From Trichoplax adhaerens (lineage: Eukaryota; Animalia; Placozoa): a stretch of DNA of 64,000 bases. The position numbers and the translations under genes were made by a program. Below the pieces are notes generated by a model. The model was given only the letters and a program-made list of their open reading frames with translations, ran no database searches and had not been told where the DNA came from. Where the stretch lies: positions 2,927,183 through 2,991,182 of the forward strand of contig NW_002060948.1 of the NCBI RefSeq assembly GCF_000150275.1, written 5' to 3'. This document shows positions 1 through 14,055 of this stretch, one piece after another (the stretch's first letter is position 1; each line of letters opens with the position of its first letter).

Positions 1-59
1 ATAAATAAAGCAATAGCATCATACATCTACTGTATTGATGCCCAATTCAGCAATAGTCA

Positions 60-1946
60 ATATTAGGAATCTACACTTAAGTATTTTATAAACACAATAA
101 AAATAAGACTGGGCTATAATGCTAGTTTTTGAAGAGTGATAGTACATATAGAGTAAAGTAATAAAAATTGAGCTATGTTAAGCAAATACCATCGTTAAAG
201 ATATTGATAGGCCTTGCAATAAAGAAGAGAAACCAGCCGCGAAAATTTGTGATTACAATTACTCGTGTCGTAATGAAAACTTTCCTTTCCATACTATGGG
301 CTGTTAGATAAACTGTGGTTAAGTTAATATCTTTAACCTGTATTAATTTTTCTGTGATCATGCTATAAGTAGAAATAATTACGACATAAGCTGCTATGCT
401 AGTTATATTCATTATTAAAAGTACATTTTCTTTAAATTTGTGGTAAAGGTATCAATGGAATATAGACTACCGTACAGATATCAGAAACATTGAACTGCGT
501 TCTAAAGTTTGAAGCCTGTTATATGGACCGAATTGACAATTATCAGTTATTTTCATGTCGATTATCGGTGATTTCCCTTAATATTTAATAGGATATGCTC
601 AAGATCTCTTACTACAGAAAGTGGCTCTCAGTTAAAAATCTATTTGTTAAGATTGGTACCAAGATTCTTGAACTAAAAATTTTTACTATATATAGCGTAT
701 CGCAGCAATTATAACAGCGTAGTATTCATGAAGAGATAGTAAAACATAGTTAAACATATTAATTTCAGCTCAATTTTTATTGTATTTATAATGAAAAGGT
801 GCACTGTTTGACATTACGAGAAAATTGAATTTAGAACTAAGCTCGTATCTGTTATTCTCCCTTGTTTACATTAATCTTGGATAGTCGTAGCCGCATAAAG
901 ACTCCTAAGAATGATTCACGGTAATATTTTCCTTCTGACAGTTTCTGATCTACATTGGTTTTAACTTATCTTTTTATATTGAAATTAAGTTGTCAATACA
1001 ATTTTGAAATTAATTATTGGATATGATGGGAGAAAGCAAATGTATGAGAAAATAGAGGATAATCAAATTTTAATATCATCCTAAAAGCTTCCAAGTTAAA
1101 TAGGATACTTCTACAGCATGCGTATTAATAATTTTGCAGTTAATCTTAATTTCGTAAATTATTATTACTGCTAATAGTTTATTAATGCAATATTGAAAAC
1201 TGAAATGAAAAGCATATCTTGTAATAATAAGAAATAATATATTTATTTTCTTTGTTGCATCATTTAAATTGTATGCAATNNNNNNNNNNNNNNNNNNNNN
1301 NNNNNNNNNNNNNNNNNNNNNNNNNNNNNTCTCTTAGTTGTATACGAAGCTTATACTTCTTGTATATACTTAAGAATAAAGTACTCATAAAATAATAAAC
1401 GTATCTCTAGTCACTTATAGTATTTGTGTGATAGTAGTTAGTCTATCCAGAGTACCTCTCTAGGTAGTGAGAGTAAAATAAGTGGCTAGTGAAATAGTTT
1501 AGTCAATCACAAATTGAAGATTTGTGACACTGAGTAATAGATATGATATGAAGAAATCTTACAAAATAGAAACCTGAATCATCTAGCCATTTCGAAAATA
1601 TTTGAATTGGTACAGCAAAGCCAACATTTGAAGTCGACGTATTTGATGGTGTTACAATAACGAAGCGATAGTGAATATCTGATCCTGCCAAAATAATTAA
1701 ATAACAAGAATCCAGTAAATCGCTTATCGCTTGATTAAAGATAAATATTACGAAAGTTTTCCCTCGCATAGGATTTAGCGATGGTCTTTGAGAACGATAA
1801 GAGTATATATTTGCACTGCTAATGTTCCCTAATTTCAGAAAAGTCAAGGTACTATGAAGAACATAGCAGTTTCCAGCGACCTCGGTCAGTCCAAAAACCC
1901 AGGATAAGATAATAATTGGATAACTATCAAATAAGATCGATACCAT
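60..1946 (-). pseudogene. Cluster GPCR pseudogene: 5' part 1530-1946 cut in TM3 by an LTR; degenerate 3' part at about 60-530
   Basis: ORF 1503..1946 reads MVSILFDSY...NQAISDLLDSCYLIILAGSD...WLDDSGFYFVRFLHIISITQ and then enters LTR sequence. ORF 173..412 has HSMERKVFITT...TNFRGWF, paralogous to 5061..6107. An N gap separates the halves, so they could belong to two loci. Confidence 0.85.
1330..1529 (+). mobile_element. 3' end of an LTR inserted in GPCR TM3 (5' part lost in N gap)
   Basis: Ends TTTGTGACA at 1529, like LTR family A. AATAAA motifs near 1375-1399. Terminal hairpin TCACAAAT...ATTTGTGA. GPCR homology stops exactly at this junction. Confidence 0.65.
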
Positions 1947-3804
1947 TTTAACTGATCAATCGGATAGAATCAAGTCCTGCTATGACTATGGATTAGAAAA
2001 TTATTCAACCTAAGAAATTTCGAAAAATTAATTTCTTATCAAGCGATTAAGTTCTTATAAATGGATTTGATTGCAGTTTCGATGTAATGACTAGAAAATA
2101 ATGGAAGGCTCTATAGCTTTAACGTTGAAAAATATGTGCGATAAAATATTGGCAGCCTGTATATCGAATTTTATTTCGATGTTAGAAATAGAGAATTACA
2201 ATGAAAAATCGTGGTATTAAAAATCGCTAAAACTAAATGTACCCGTACAAAAACTGTATAAGGTCGTACTTATAGTACAGTATTCATAACGGACTAATGG
2301 GATTTAATAGAACATATAATTTTATTGCTGTAATAATTACACCAGTACGGTATGGCAGTCTTTCAGTATTGACAGAATGCAAAATTTAAAATAATTAATT
2401 AGTGACTATTATTAGCTGTCTATTTTTTAATTTAAGATAAATTTGAGACAACTCCAGGGCAGTTCTATTAGTAGCCGGTATAGTAGTGATTTAATGCCTT
2501 ATTCTGCCAAGTGTAAATTTATATTTCATTTTATTCAATTTTATATAAAAGAATTTTTAAGGCGATAGTACATATCGCTAGTCAGAGAAAATAAGGAGTA
2601 AAATTATGAGAAAATAGAATGCAATCGAGTACAGAGATGGATATATTTGAAACTTAAGTTAAATGTATACTAATTATAAATTCTACAAATAAGCTTCGTT
2701 AAATGAACTATTATGACTATCGAGCTGTTAAAGCCATTAATTATTTAATGCATTTATATTTTTAAATACTATAGATGTACTTTGTCACTATTAGAAATAA
2801 GTTCGTTAAGAAACAGTAAATTATACCTAACTTTTCGTATAATAATGTGTAACATATTTGTTAATCATCACATTAATTTACATTAATTTACAGTGAGATT
2901 CATCTGTAACTGAGGATTCAATTATTATTAAGTATTCCGCAAGAATCAAGCCACTTTTCATGTTAACTTTTAGGGAGAGGGTATTACTATTCAAAATTAT
3001 GAAAGGGAGAAATGCAGAGAGAGAAGGATATAAATTCTTCCAGAATCCGCATGAACGAATCGGCAACAATGACTGTATTTCTCTAAAATAATAATACTGC
3101 GTTACAGTTATTGTTACAGTACCAATTTTTTTATTTATAACGATACAGAATTTGTATAGTAAAGTCTAACAGCAATATCCGAGCTTACTTTGCCATTTAA
3201 GTCCTATCAGCAGTAATGCATCTTATACTCTTTCTGATTAAGATGCTGTAAGGATTTATGATCGGGAATTGCTATGATTACAATATGCCTGTATAGTACC
3301 AGTAGTCAACACCAAAATCAAGGCTCATTTCTGAGCAGTAATTTAATAAGATGCTCGTGTAACATCATTTGTTAATCGAAAACTGCGGTACCATATATAC
3401 TACCAGCGACATTATGCATATTAAACATAATTGTATCATTTTTTCATCTTAAAGACTGGTATAAATCTGTACTATAATTTTTTATTAAATAAGAACGGAA
3501 ATAATATTATCGAAGCATAGTTTTGATTAAAAAATGAAGTTCGAGAGATAGTGTAGGTTTAGTACCGTACATATAGAAAGTCAGGAAAAGATTCATTAAA
3601 CTATAGTATACAACTATCAACAAAGTTCGGATGAATAAAGCATATCATAGATCTGAGTAACTCTGTACATAATAGAAGCAATTTATTTATAGTTTTCATT
3701 AGATTATCTTTCTTAAAATTTACCTATGATGGCTTTGGCTATCATATTTTACTTATTGCTTAGATAATTATCTGCTTTGTTTGCGGTATCGCTTCTAAAA
3801 GGGC

Positions 3805-4332
3805 TGTTACAAATCTCTTTGTAACTAGAAAACAGGTCTTAAATACTTTCTTCACTAGTATTTGTGTTCCCAACTAAGTAAGGGACCTATCGTAGTTGAA
3901 CTAACTCTCAGCTACACAAATAAGCTACCAATGAGTAATAGGTTTAAATACTTCACTTCATTTTCGTTAATCTTAGTCGTGAAATGTACTATAGAAAAAC
4001 GTAAGAATATTCTTAGCAATAATAGTCCGAGCACTAGCTTTTTATAGTCTCGGCCAACGCCGATGGGGCACTGTTAGCGGTAACGATAGCGTCTGTTTTT
4101 TGGTATGCTCTCAGTCAACTGAAGCGAGATCGTTAGTTAAGCTTCCACGTGAATATCTACCTTTATTCTGATTTCTCACCACCTTATATACTGTACAATA
4201 CATTACCTTTACTGATCTAGTACGGAACAGAACTAGTGCCGTTAAGCTCTGATAAGGTTGCAATACAACCGATATGAATACAATACAAGAAATCCTATAA
4301 TTAGATACAGAGACGCTAGTAAATCCGTAACA
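3805..4332 (-). mobile_element. Solo LTR (528 bp)
   Basis: Perfect TGTTAC...GTAACA ends. Minus-strand CTATAAAAAGC near 4038-4048. Terminal hairpin GTTACAAA/TTTGTAAC. Flanks share only GGC, so the TSD is imperfect. Confidence 0.6.
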
Positions 4333-5060
4333 GGCACTTGTGAATATTCTTGCCATAGCGACTTACACCGTACAGTATGCATTAACTAGCATAGCAACTA
4401 GAGCCTCAAGGCTCTGCAAAGTGATTGCACCTTACATTTTTCGTAAAGCTAGAGCAAAATGCTTGTTGAAGAATAGCGTTATTGCATCATCTTCTCTAGT
4501 GAGCCTGAGCTATGCCAGCATTACGAAAATGAAGTGTTGCATGATTTTATAGTAAACTGTCGTGTTTATTGTAATTTAAAATAAGTAGTAGGAAACAATC
4601 GAAATAACAAGAGAAGATTCCTAACAGTTGCATTAAATTAACAAAATTTTGTACCTTTATTAGTCATCGAAAGTCATTAATCTGTAATAATAATTAGGCT
4701 ATATTAGTTAAAATTATAAAATATCTATACAGTGTTTTCGACTCTGATAACTGTAAAATAACTCCAAAAAATTGGATATACAATCGGTAGAGAAGAACAA
4801 GAGCGAAATTCATGGTACAGTTATATCAGTATAATGCAGTAAACCGTAGATTGATTTCTTCATATTAAATAGAATATATTTAGTTCTGCGCGTACTTAAC
4901 GATATTAGTTTATGTTTACGATTCATTCTATTGGAATAGTGTAAATATATACTGACATTGGCATCCCAAGGACATTTTTTAAGCATCTATGATTCGAAAT
5001 TATATGGTATCGAAATAACATCCGAAGAGGACCAGAACAGACCGAGAATAGACTGAGCTT

Positions 5061-6107
5061 TTAACGAACGCTAGATCTGACGTTAAGAATGGATATTTGT
5101 TTTTTACGAGTAGACATTACAAATATAATTGGATTAATACTGCAATTTGCCTGAAGTATAACGTTAAATATGGCAGAAATTATGATAAATTGGCTCTTAC
5201 CAAATATGTTTGTGTAATTAAAGACTGAAATAAGCCCTGTAATAAATGCAGGGAACCAAGTGATAAAATTTGTTATTGCGATCACAATTGCCGTAGTAAA
5301 AACTCTTTTTTCCATTTTATGATCTGTTAAAGTAACTTTGTTTATATCAGTGGCTGCACTTATGCGTCTGATTTTTACTGCAATCATGCCATACATACAT
5401 ATGGCCATAATATAGATTATAGAACCAGTCATGATCATTGTCGATAAGTATACTTTCTCACTGTTGTTGAAGGCAATATCAATAGTGCATAAATTACGAA
5501 TTTGATATAGTTGAATTATATTTAAGCCGAATGTACGATACAAATATGCAAAATAATCCCCTAATATAGCGAGTACCATAGATGCCAACCAAGAAATTAG
5601 AACAGATATTATCGCATATTTTGATGTTATTCGTAAAGTCGTAGAAAATGGAAATACAATGCGAAAAAATCGATCAATGGCAATTAAACCCATTAAACAT
5701 ATCGATATAGTAATAGATGTAATGTGAAGGAATCTTGCTAAATAACAAGCTGGGTCATCTAACCACCTTGAATATACTAGAACAGTGAGAGGATTGCTAA
5801 TATTTGATAGTGTGATCTTGACAAATCGATAGCGAATATCTGATATCGCTACGATTATTAGATGACCTGAACCCAGTAAATCACCTATTGCCAGGTTAAA
5901 GATTAATATTACAAACGTTCTTCCTCGTGCACGATTTAACGCTCTCCCTTGAGGACGACGGATTGACAATTTCGTGTTAACTGTATTACCGATTTTCCGA
6001 AAAGAAAACACACTATAGAGAACGTAAGAATTTCCAACGATTCCAGCTATCCCGGCTACCCATAATATGATAATAATCAGATAATTGTCGAACAAGATTG
6101 ATGACAT
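5061..6107 (-). CDS. Intronless rhodopsin-class GPCR, LGR-like 7TM without ectodomain (348 aa)
   Basis: Seven hydrophobic segments; TM1 GN, TM2 NLAIGD, TM3 IDRF, ECL1 WLDDPAC, ECL2 RNLC, TM6 TNFITWFP, TM7 NCSINPIIF. Confidence 0.95.
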   Translation of the reverse strand: MSSILFDNYLIIIILWVAGIAGIVGNSYVLYSVFSFRKIGNTVNTKLSIRRPQGRALNRARGRTFVILIFNLAIGDLLGSGHLIIVAISDIRYRFVKITLSNISNPLTVLVYSRWLDDPACYLARFLHITSITISICLMGLIAIDRFFRIVFPFSTTLRITSKYAIISVLISWLASMVLAILGDYFAYLYRTFGLNIIQLYQIRNLCTIDIAFNNSEKVYLSTMIMTGSIIYIMAICMYGMIAVKIRRISAATDINKVTLTDHKMEKRVFTTAIVIAITNFITWFPAFITGLISVFNYTNIFGKSQFIIISAIFNVILQANCSINPIIFVMSTRKKQISILNVRSSVR

Positions 6108-7881
6108 CTTGATGTCTTAATAGAATAAATAAAATTTGTTTATAAATTGGAATCGGACGTACTTGAGCATATATACAAGATAGTAAATTCGGAAAATGTA
6201 GATCTCATCTAGACATTTGGCGTACATAGTTGATAGCAGCTGCTGTATACGTAAACTGTTGTGAAATAGTCTACAATGATGTGCTAATTAACTATTAACA
6301 GAAGAGTACAATAGCAATACTAAATGTATAAAATTGATGTTTTTTCCCTTGCTATCGATTACAGTTTTTTAATAACATTTTATTGTATTCGAATATTGTA
6401 TTAAAACTGCTTATAAATATGAAATTTATCATGCAACTAGGAAATAGAAATTAAACAGTCTTAATCGAGCACTAATTAAATGTAATTGATTAATGAAGCA
6501 AATCTTACCCTACTATGATAAATATTAAAAAGAGAGGACAATTAGTACAGCGATGTCTGTTAACATAGTATGGTCACGTAATAAACTTTCATATTTCTCC
6601 ATTGGTATATTATTGTCATAATAGACCTGAAGTAAAACAGAGTTTATTACGTGTTCTCGTTAACAAAATTTCTACAACTGCAGCTTGTAAATCTGCAATC
6701 TCAATAATAAGGACGGTCTTCACTGCATTGATTTATATAATTATGCAACTAGCTTGTTTACGATCTCCAGATAATACAGGAATTATGAAGTCGTACCAAA
6801 TATCTTATTGAAATTATCACAAGTATACAGTACTTCTATTGCAGGAGATTCCTACGAAATTAAAATCAGTACATCATTTCCATTAGTAATATGGTTATAT
6901 TTGTACTTGATATCACTAAATTAAAATTATTCGATGATGCTATTAAAGATATTTATAGTCTATATATAATGATATCACTTTCAGATAGATTAAAATCTGT
7001 TCTTATTTTTATCTTACCTTTCCAATAAATAGTGCCCTGTAAACTATTAAAAAGTCATGTTGTTAATTCTAAGGAGGCTTATTCATATGCGCTTAGGTAT
7101 CCTAGTTTAACATTAAAAACCTATTACTGTAGGTTTTACTGTTATTACCATTCACACTCTCTAGGTCTTCATTGCTATTGAAGTTAATAGACTCGTCAAA
7201 TCTCTAAATATGTTTTCGTTTTCTTAATCATCTTGCACAGGATTATTACTGATATAAACTACGGTGGTTCATCTCCGAAGCAAGAGAAATATTTCTTTTA
7301 AATAATAATGTAACAATTTTATTCAACTGTCGAGAATGCTTTTCATATCAATCTATTAATAGCTAATTATTAGCGACAAAGTACGATTTGAAGGGTAACT
7401 AGTCTATTAGAAAATTTGCTATACAGTAGTAATAGAGACACCATCTTTCAAAGTATACGGGCTAAGTATAATATGTAAGAGACTTCTACTCAGATTAAGC
7501 TGAATCTAAATCTCTAAAAACATATTTTTGTATCTTGAAGCATTTCTTTATCAGCAATATTCGTATCATCATAACAAATAACCTTGGCAGACTCAATAAA
7601 TTATTAACTCTGGTTTTAGGGGGATTTTTCTTAAAAGCGTACTATTATAATTATTGATATGTGAAGATTGGTATTCAATAAGAGATCGTCTCCGAAACCA
7701 TTATCTGGATTTTTTAAGTATACTTGATCAGTTTTCTTACATTATCCATACCACGAATTAATTCCAGACAAGTTTGCTATTTTAACGTAAAGCAGTTATT
7801 TTCAGTTACTTCTAAAGATTACCACTCTAATCTATTATAAGATCTAGTAAGAATATAGTACTGCTACTACAACTTGTCAAG

Positions 7882-8454
7882 TGCCACGGTACGAACCACC
7901 GCGAAAAGTAATAGACTAAATTTAGTGGTTAAGATTTATATATGGAGATAACTAATAATGACTTACAGTAAGAACTACAACAGTTATTATTCTGTTGCAG
8001 TAAATTATGCTGTATTGTACAGCAGTAAGAGTTCTTATACGGTATCAAATGTTAATTGATTATAGTGTTAAGTCTTACAACGCTTGTGATGAATATCCTG
8101 AAGATATTCAATTATAGATGATACTATAAATAATTCTGTGTATGGACATATTTTAATCTAATTGTCTAGAATCGTTCAAAATATGTCTAAGATTATAAAT
8201 AATTTCTATATTAATTTAGCTATCCAATATGAACTAAATTTCGCGAGCTGTTATGACTCATAGATGATAGCTGCTGCCGAAGGGTGTTTAAGGTCGGCAG
8301 ATAGCTGAATAGCGGAGGAGTTCTATAGTTGCTCAACGTAGAAGCAAAGGTGTCTAAATTCTTGTAAGATAGTTAAGGGATACTGAATCCCGGAAACCAT
8401 AGTAATGAAGAGATTTGTTTTACGTTATCTTTGTCACGAAGTTGGTTTGTGACA
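7882..8454 (+). mobile_element. Solo LTR family A (573 bp)
   Basis: TGCCAC...GTGACA ends; flanks TCAAG/TCAAC; reverse-complement homolog at 16284-16852. Confidence 0.85.
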
Positions 8455-8769
8455 TCAACATACGCGCCATCATGAAGAATTAAAAGACTAAATTTAACGA
8501 ATTAACATACAGTATATATATGGTGATTACAATTAGTTACTTACTTTAGGAATTACTGAAGGTATAATACTTTATGTTACGGTATACTATATATTTTACA
8601 GTAATACAATTCTTATATAGTATTTAAATACAGTACAAGTTTTTGTAACTGTAATTATGATCAATACTAGAATGTAGGTATATTAAAATGACGATGTGAA
8701 TGGACATACAGAAGTCTGATAACGTAAAATCAGTCGGTAAATGTCCACATCGATAAATATTTTTGTAAG

Positions 8770-8967
8770 ATGATTCATCAATGTTAGCCATTACCGAAAG
8801 GCATTTAGACTCTCCAATTATTTAATAAAATCAGTTCTCTAGCTTTGTAACGTAGAAGCAAAAGCATCTAAGTTCTTGTGAGTAGTTTAGGGATACTGAA
8901 TCCCGAAAATTTAGAAATTTAGAGATTTTCTTTTGCGTAAACCTTTTCGTAATGCTGGTTTAAGACG
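8770..8967 (+). mobile_element. Partial, diverged LTR family A (3' part)
   Basis: AACGTAGAAGCAAA...GGGATACTGAATCCCG aligns with 8335-8393; AATAAA near 8824. Confidence 0.7.
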
Positions 8968-9054
8968 CCACTGCCATAATGTATAAAGCAATTTCTTTAT
9001 GGTGATTTATTTGGTCTATTGATGATTAATAGATAATAACCTGTACATCTGTTG

Positions 9055-9407
9055 GATAACTTTAGAAGGATAATTTTATTTTATATGCACCAATAGTTTC
9101 TGACGAGACTATAAAAGGCTGATGCCTAAAGACCACCTTTTAGTTAGTTAGTCAACTTGTTTGTCAATTGCTATTAAACTTTCAAGACTATAATCTTGGT
9201 TGTCGAGCTTTCTTCAGTAATAAATAGTAGTAAATCTCTGACTACCTGGCCTACACTATCAGTGAAGCCGTATTCATACTATAGTATTGGGTCTTAGGAA
9301 CTGAATTATTTGGTGATGTAGCTAGTTTCGCCTCTTAAAGTCAGTAAGAGCCATTCTTCATAAGCATTGGCGCGTGTAGACTAGTTTGTCCCTAGTGATG
9401 TGTGACA
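9055..9407 (+). mobile_element. LTR family B copy (5' end uncertain)
   Basis: Aligns with 58470-58831; CTATAAAAGG TATA, AATAAA, ends GTGTGACA. Confidence 0.8.
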
Positions 9408-9926
9408 AGGGGCTACTCAGCTTCATTTATAAAAGCATACCTCTTTTATATTCCTTAGTAAGAAATTCTCTCATCGAAATTTTTGATATTTTCACTTTAA
9501 TCACTGCTTATAGACTCTTGTAATGGTTGCGAATACTCTATCTGTAGGCAGACTATACTTGTTTTTGTATGATTTCTAGCTTACTAAGAATAAGTTAAAT
9601 ATTGTATTTAAATTTTATATTTGTTCAAGGCCAGGCGAATAGGTCACGATTTAGAAACTCTGCATATTTAAATACTGCTCAGTAATGTCTATTATGGCAA
9701 GAATTATATGAAATCTTTAAAACGGTCACACCCAATTCTTTGTGTACTAGTTTGTCTTCAATTAACTACGTTATCTCCTATCCATGCTAGCCGTAGAATA
9801 ATCATAAAATAAAGCTAAAGTTATAGTACTACTTCAGCAACAGTTTTACATCTATTCCATTCACACACTAGCAGTAATAGTCACATGCTAAAGTTTTGAT
9901 ACTTTCCTCATCCTAAACAATCCACA

Positions 9927-10975
9927 TTACATTAGTTTTTTTATTATGAATTGCGCTTGTTGTTGTTTTTTCTGGTAGAAAGTATATGTATTATCGGATT
10001 AATACGGGAGTTGGATTGAAACATAATAAAGACTCGTGGAAGAAATTTTGCTAATAGTGGGAAGCTTTGCTACAAAATTATAATCGGTAATCATAATAAA
10101 TCCTACAATAAAACAGGCAGCTAAGACATAAAATTTGCCATCGAAATTGTAACGGCTATTTTCGAACTTTTCTTTCCGGCTTCTGATCGTTATAATTTAT
10201 TCTAGTTAAGATTTTGCTACTACTATTGACTTGCTGGACTTTGCATGCTATCACAAAATACATATAAAAAGTCATTATATCAAGTCATTAAACGACTTGA
10301 AATCAAAATCAATAAATAAATTCTAATGTATCCAACTTCAGTATAGTCAAGAATGCATAAATTATGATATGGGTAACTAATGACCGGAACAAAATTGGGC
10401 TTCATTGATAAAGCGAATTGGTGACATAAAGTAGCTAATACTACGCTTGCTATCCAAGACAATATAGAAAGCGTTAAGGCCTTTTTTCGTGTCGTCCATT
10501 ATTTACTAGAAACTGGATATTTTATTCGCAGGAATCGATCAACAGCAATCAGTCCTGCCCTGATGATTGATTGACTAGGATATGATATGATAAATCGTCC
10601 GAAATGATAAGCTGGATTATTAAGCCAAGCTTTAAATATATGGACAGAAATATAAGAATTTACATCCATGCTAAAATTTTCCGCTAATGTTACATTTATA
10701 TATCGATACCGAATATCTAGCTCTACTAGTATAAATAAATGGAAGGAATCTCGTATGTCTCCGTTGAATAAATTAGTAATAAAAATGAAGAATGTTTGTC
10801 TTTGTAAAGATATTAGCGCTCTATAATATGCTAATGGTCTTATGGGTAGAGAGCTGAATATCTTTAATTGACAAAAAACATTACTAATAGCATAAAAGTT
10901 GTTAGCAATGACGGATAAACCAGATAACCAAGCGATACCAATAATAAGATAATTTTCAAATAAGATCTATGCCAT
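9927..10975 (-). pseudogene. Cluster GPCR pseudogene, full length
   Basis: Starts ATG GCA TAG ATC TTA TTT GAA AAT TAT (MA*ILFENY). Has VDRF, ECL2 YHNLC (ORF 10280..10462) and TM7 FQSNSRINPIIH, with further stops and frameshifts. Confidence 0.9.
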
Positions 10976-11096
10976 AATAATATGTTGAGAATATTAACCT
11001 ACTGTTAGTGTTGAAAAATTTATACTGATTATCACAGATATCATTAGAATGGCTTCAGAGATGATGAGCTGGCTAATGTTGACAATGTTTATTACC

Positions 11097-11156
11097 TTGA
11101 AATTTCGAATGAAATGCTTGTAGATGTTGAAATTTCGAATGAAACGCTGGTAAATG
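11097..11156. repeat. 30-bp tandem duplication
   Basis: ttgaaatttcgaatgaaatgcttgtagatg / ttgaaatttcgaatgaaacgctggtaaatg. Confidence 0.85.
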
Positions 11157-14055
11157 TAATTACAGGTAATTTCTTTATTAATCATTATTTTCGTAATGGT
11201 ATATTCAAGTGAAACTTAACAACCATTTATACCGTTTCTAGTTAATTTTTTGTAGGACTGCATTGTGATATGCACAACTTCGTTATTTACAAGATAATGG
11301 AGTATTAACAATTATTTAACTTTCATAATATTGCCACCGTGCATAAATAATTATATTACGTATCATTATAATTAATATGGATGTACAATATAATACCACG
11401 TTCTGTATATGTATTGCATTCAGAATAAATAGTACGTTGCCTGCAATTGAAGTTTTAGACTAATTTAAAGTAATTAATCTAGCATTACGTTAGTAGTATA
11501 ATCAATATTGTTCAAAACGATAACTTCTGGATGACACATAAACACAAAGGATCAGCTGAAGCAAGGCTTAACTACGTTTAAGTCGCAATTCATTGTTACT
11601 AATAAGTTATGAAATTACTATCAAAATTATGATTAGCTTTACCATGAAAAAAAGAATGAGCCCGCGAGTATAAAAGTAAATTAACACACTAATAGCGATT
11701 CAATTTCATTAGTGCACATTTAATTTAATTACAGGCATACTCAAAAATTTGACTATTTAACAATCAACACAACCTCTGCCAATTTTCATCTTGTGTTCTG
11801 ACTTTCATGTCACGTCATTAAATTCCAAAGTTTCAAATTTATAGCAAAAAGTTCAAATTTCAAAACTCAACTCTTACAATATTTTCCTTAGTTAGTAGCA
11901 ATAAAAAAGTTTTGCTCGTTTATTTAATAGAGCAATATTCAATAGCAATTAATATTAAGATGACATTAGCTTGATATAATTACGTTTAACATATTCGTAT
12001 ACTGAATTTTACGCATAGTTACTGCACGCAATCTTTTACTTGCTGAAATACCATTAAAAAACAAATTTTGATAGCTTTTGATGTTTAAACGGTGATAGCA
12101 TATAACTCATACTTTACTATCTGGGTACTTGTTATGTCATTATGTTTAACAACTAAATAATTATTAATTAAAGAATAGCGAATACTTTTAAATAGTCTAA
12201 ATAAGATCATATACTGTGCTTGATGTGCAATTTTACTGAGCTTGAAGTTTATGCTGCTGTGATAGAATTTGATATAAAATTTAGACTATTGCGCCTTAAT
12301 TTACAGTTGATAAAAAGGCGTACCAAGCTCTAACAATTAAACCGTATATCATCCGAAGATTAGTATTGCAATACCTGCTAGCCCGCTGCTACCAATATTC
12401 CAGAATATTTACATATCTATATAGCAATTGTAGATACCCATATACTAATTTATATAACTTGTATGATATGAATTCACTCCTGTTAACACTAGAATTTACT
12501 ATGGAAATAATTTTAAGTGAGTGTGGTTGTAGAATAAACGTAGAAATTGCTTAAGAACTGTATGGGAGTCGTAATGTGAAGGAAAAATGTAGCAATTAAT
12601 CAGTTGCATATGGGATTCTGCTAAGGAATCGAGTTCTCATGCATCGCACGCGTAGAGGCTGAAAATAGCAGGGGAAGCCGTCAGAGTTATCGCACTTGCA
12701 CTGAAGTTCTTTGCGAATCTTTGCTATAAATGAGGGAGTGATAGTACTACATGCAGTAGTATATTCGAATAGCTTGATTTATTATTCGTAATAGTTGTTT
12801 ATATCTTTAATCTTTGCCAAGCTGGGTGGATGCTTCCAGCAGTCAATTTATTATTAAATTTAAGGCAATGGCGTTTTATGTATGCAATTTGTTAACTAAT
12901 GTAATTTTTACATGTGACACGTATGCTATACTATCAGAGTGTTAACTGTCCATATTTGCGCTTTGAATAAGGTATTAACGCCGTATTATACGCAGTGACT
13001 GTAAATTTTTCAGAGCCATTATATTTTCTATAGTATGGTTAGTATCATCTTGATCTTAAAACTATATATCTCCGGCAGAATTAAAGCCCCAAGGAGGTGA
13101 CTGATTTTTGAGTCCTACGTCGTAGAATGCTGTTATATTTTTATTATAAAGAAAAGAGATCAATCTGATTGTTCATGCTTTAGATTCAATCATTTTTTAA
13201 TGTGATTTAGATTAACAGTAATGGTTCTTAAATTCTAAATTTTTATAAATATGACAAAAGTTATTGAGAGATTGAAGCTGGATTTTACTCTTTTAAAGAA
13301 TGAATTTCAGCTTATTGTGAGTAGTAAATACTAAACTTTAAGAAATAAAATCAAAGATATGTTCCATACCTTTACATTTTACTTAAAATAAGTGTCATTA
13401 TTTAATGACATTGATATTAATGTGTTTAATATATGGAATAAATCATGAAGCATTACTATCCGTATCGGAAAAATGCTAAATTCTTTTAAATTGAGAATTC
13501 TAGATTTTAGGAGACGTTTCGCTATTTCATTAAATGATGTTAATACCAGTTAATCTTGTAAATAGATCGTTAAAAAAAATGCAAACACTGAATATTTTCA
13601 TTTGCTAATTCTAATAAAGAGATCGTCTAAATGAATGGTATACCAAAACAAGATAGAACTATTAATAATTACAAATTTGCAAATTTAGAGCTGATTTAGG
13701 GATAAATAGATGCTATTATCGTAATAAGGTTGAAAAAAAGTAATGTAATTCAAATCAATCGTCCTACGATATGGATTCGTTTTCCATGGTAAGTATCTTA
13801 GAAATAGTTCCTGTGATAATTAAGTAATTTTAGGTGAACGCTATGTTTGCATAGAATAATATTTCAGCCAATCAATGGCATTGCGTGATCTACAACATCC
13901 AATAAGTCAGCTAAATGAAATTAAGGTACTGAAATCATTTTTTTGGGCGGTGTTCAAAGTAAATTGTTAATTAGGCGAATTTCTTATAATAACCTAATTT
14001 CAACATGAAAATTTATCCAAAATTTCTGTGAATACTATCAGGCATTCATTTCGAT

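Noticed and set aside
6108-6250. Shared TATA-like promoter motif upstream of the receptor ATGs
   Set aside because: TATA-like words occur at inconsistent distances and are expected by chance in such AT-rich DNA.
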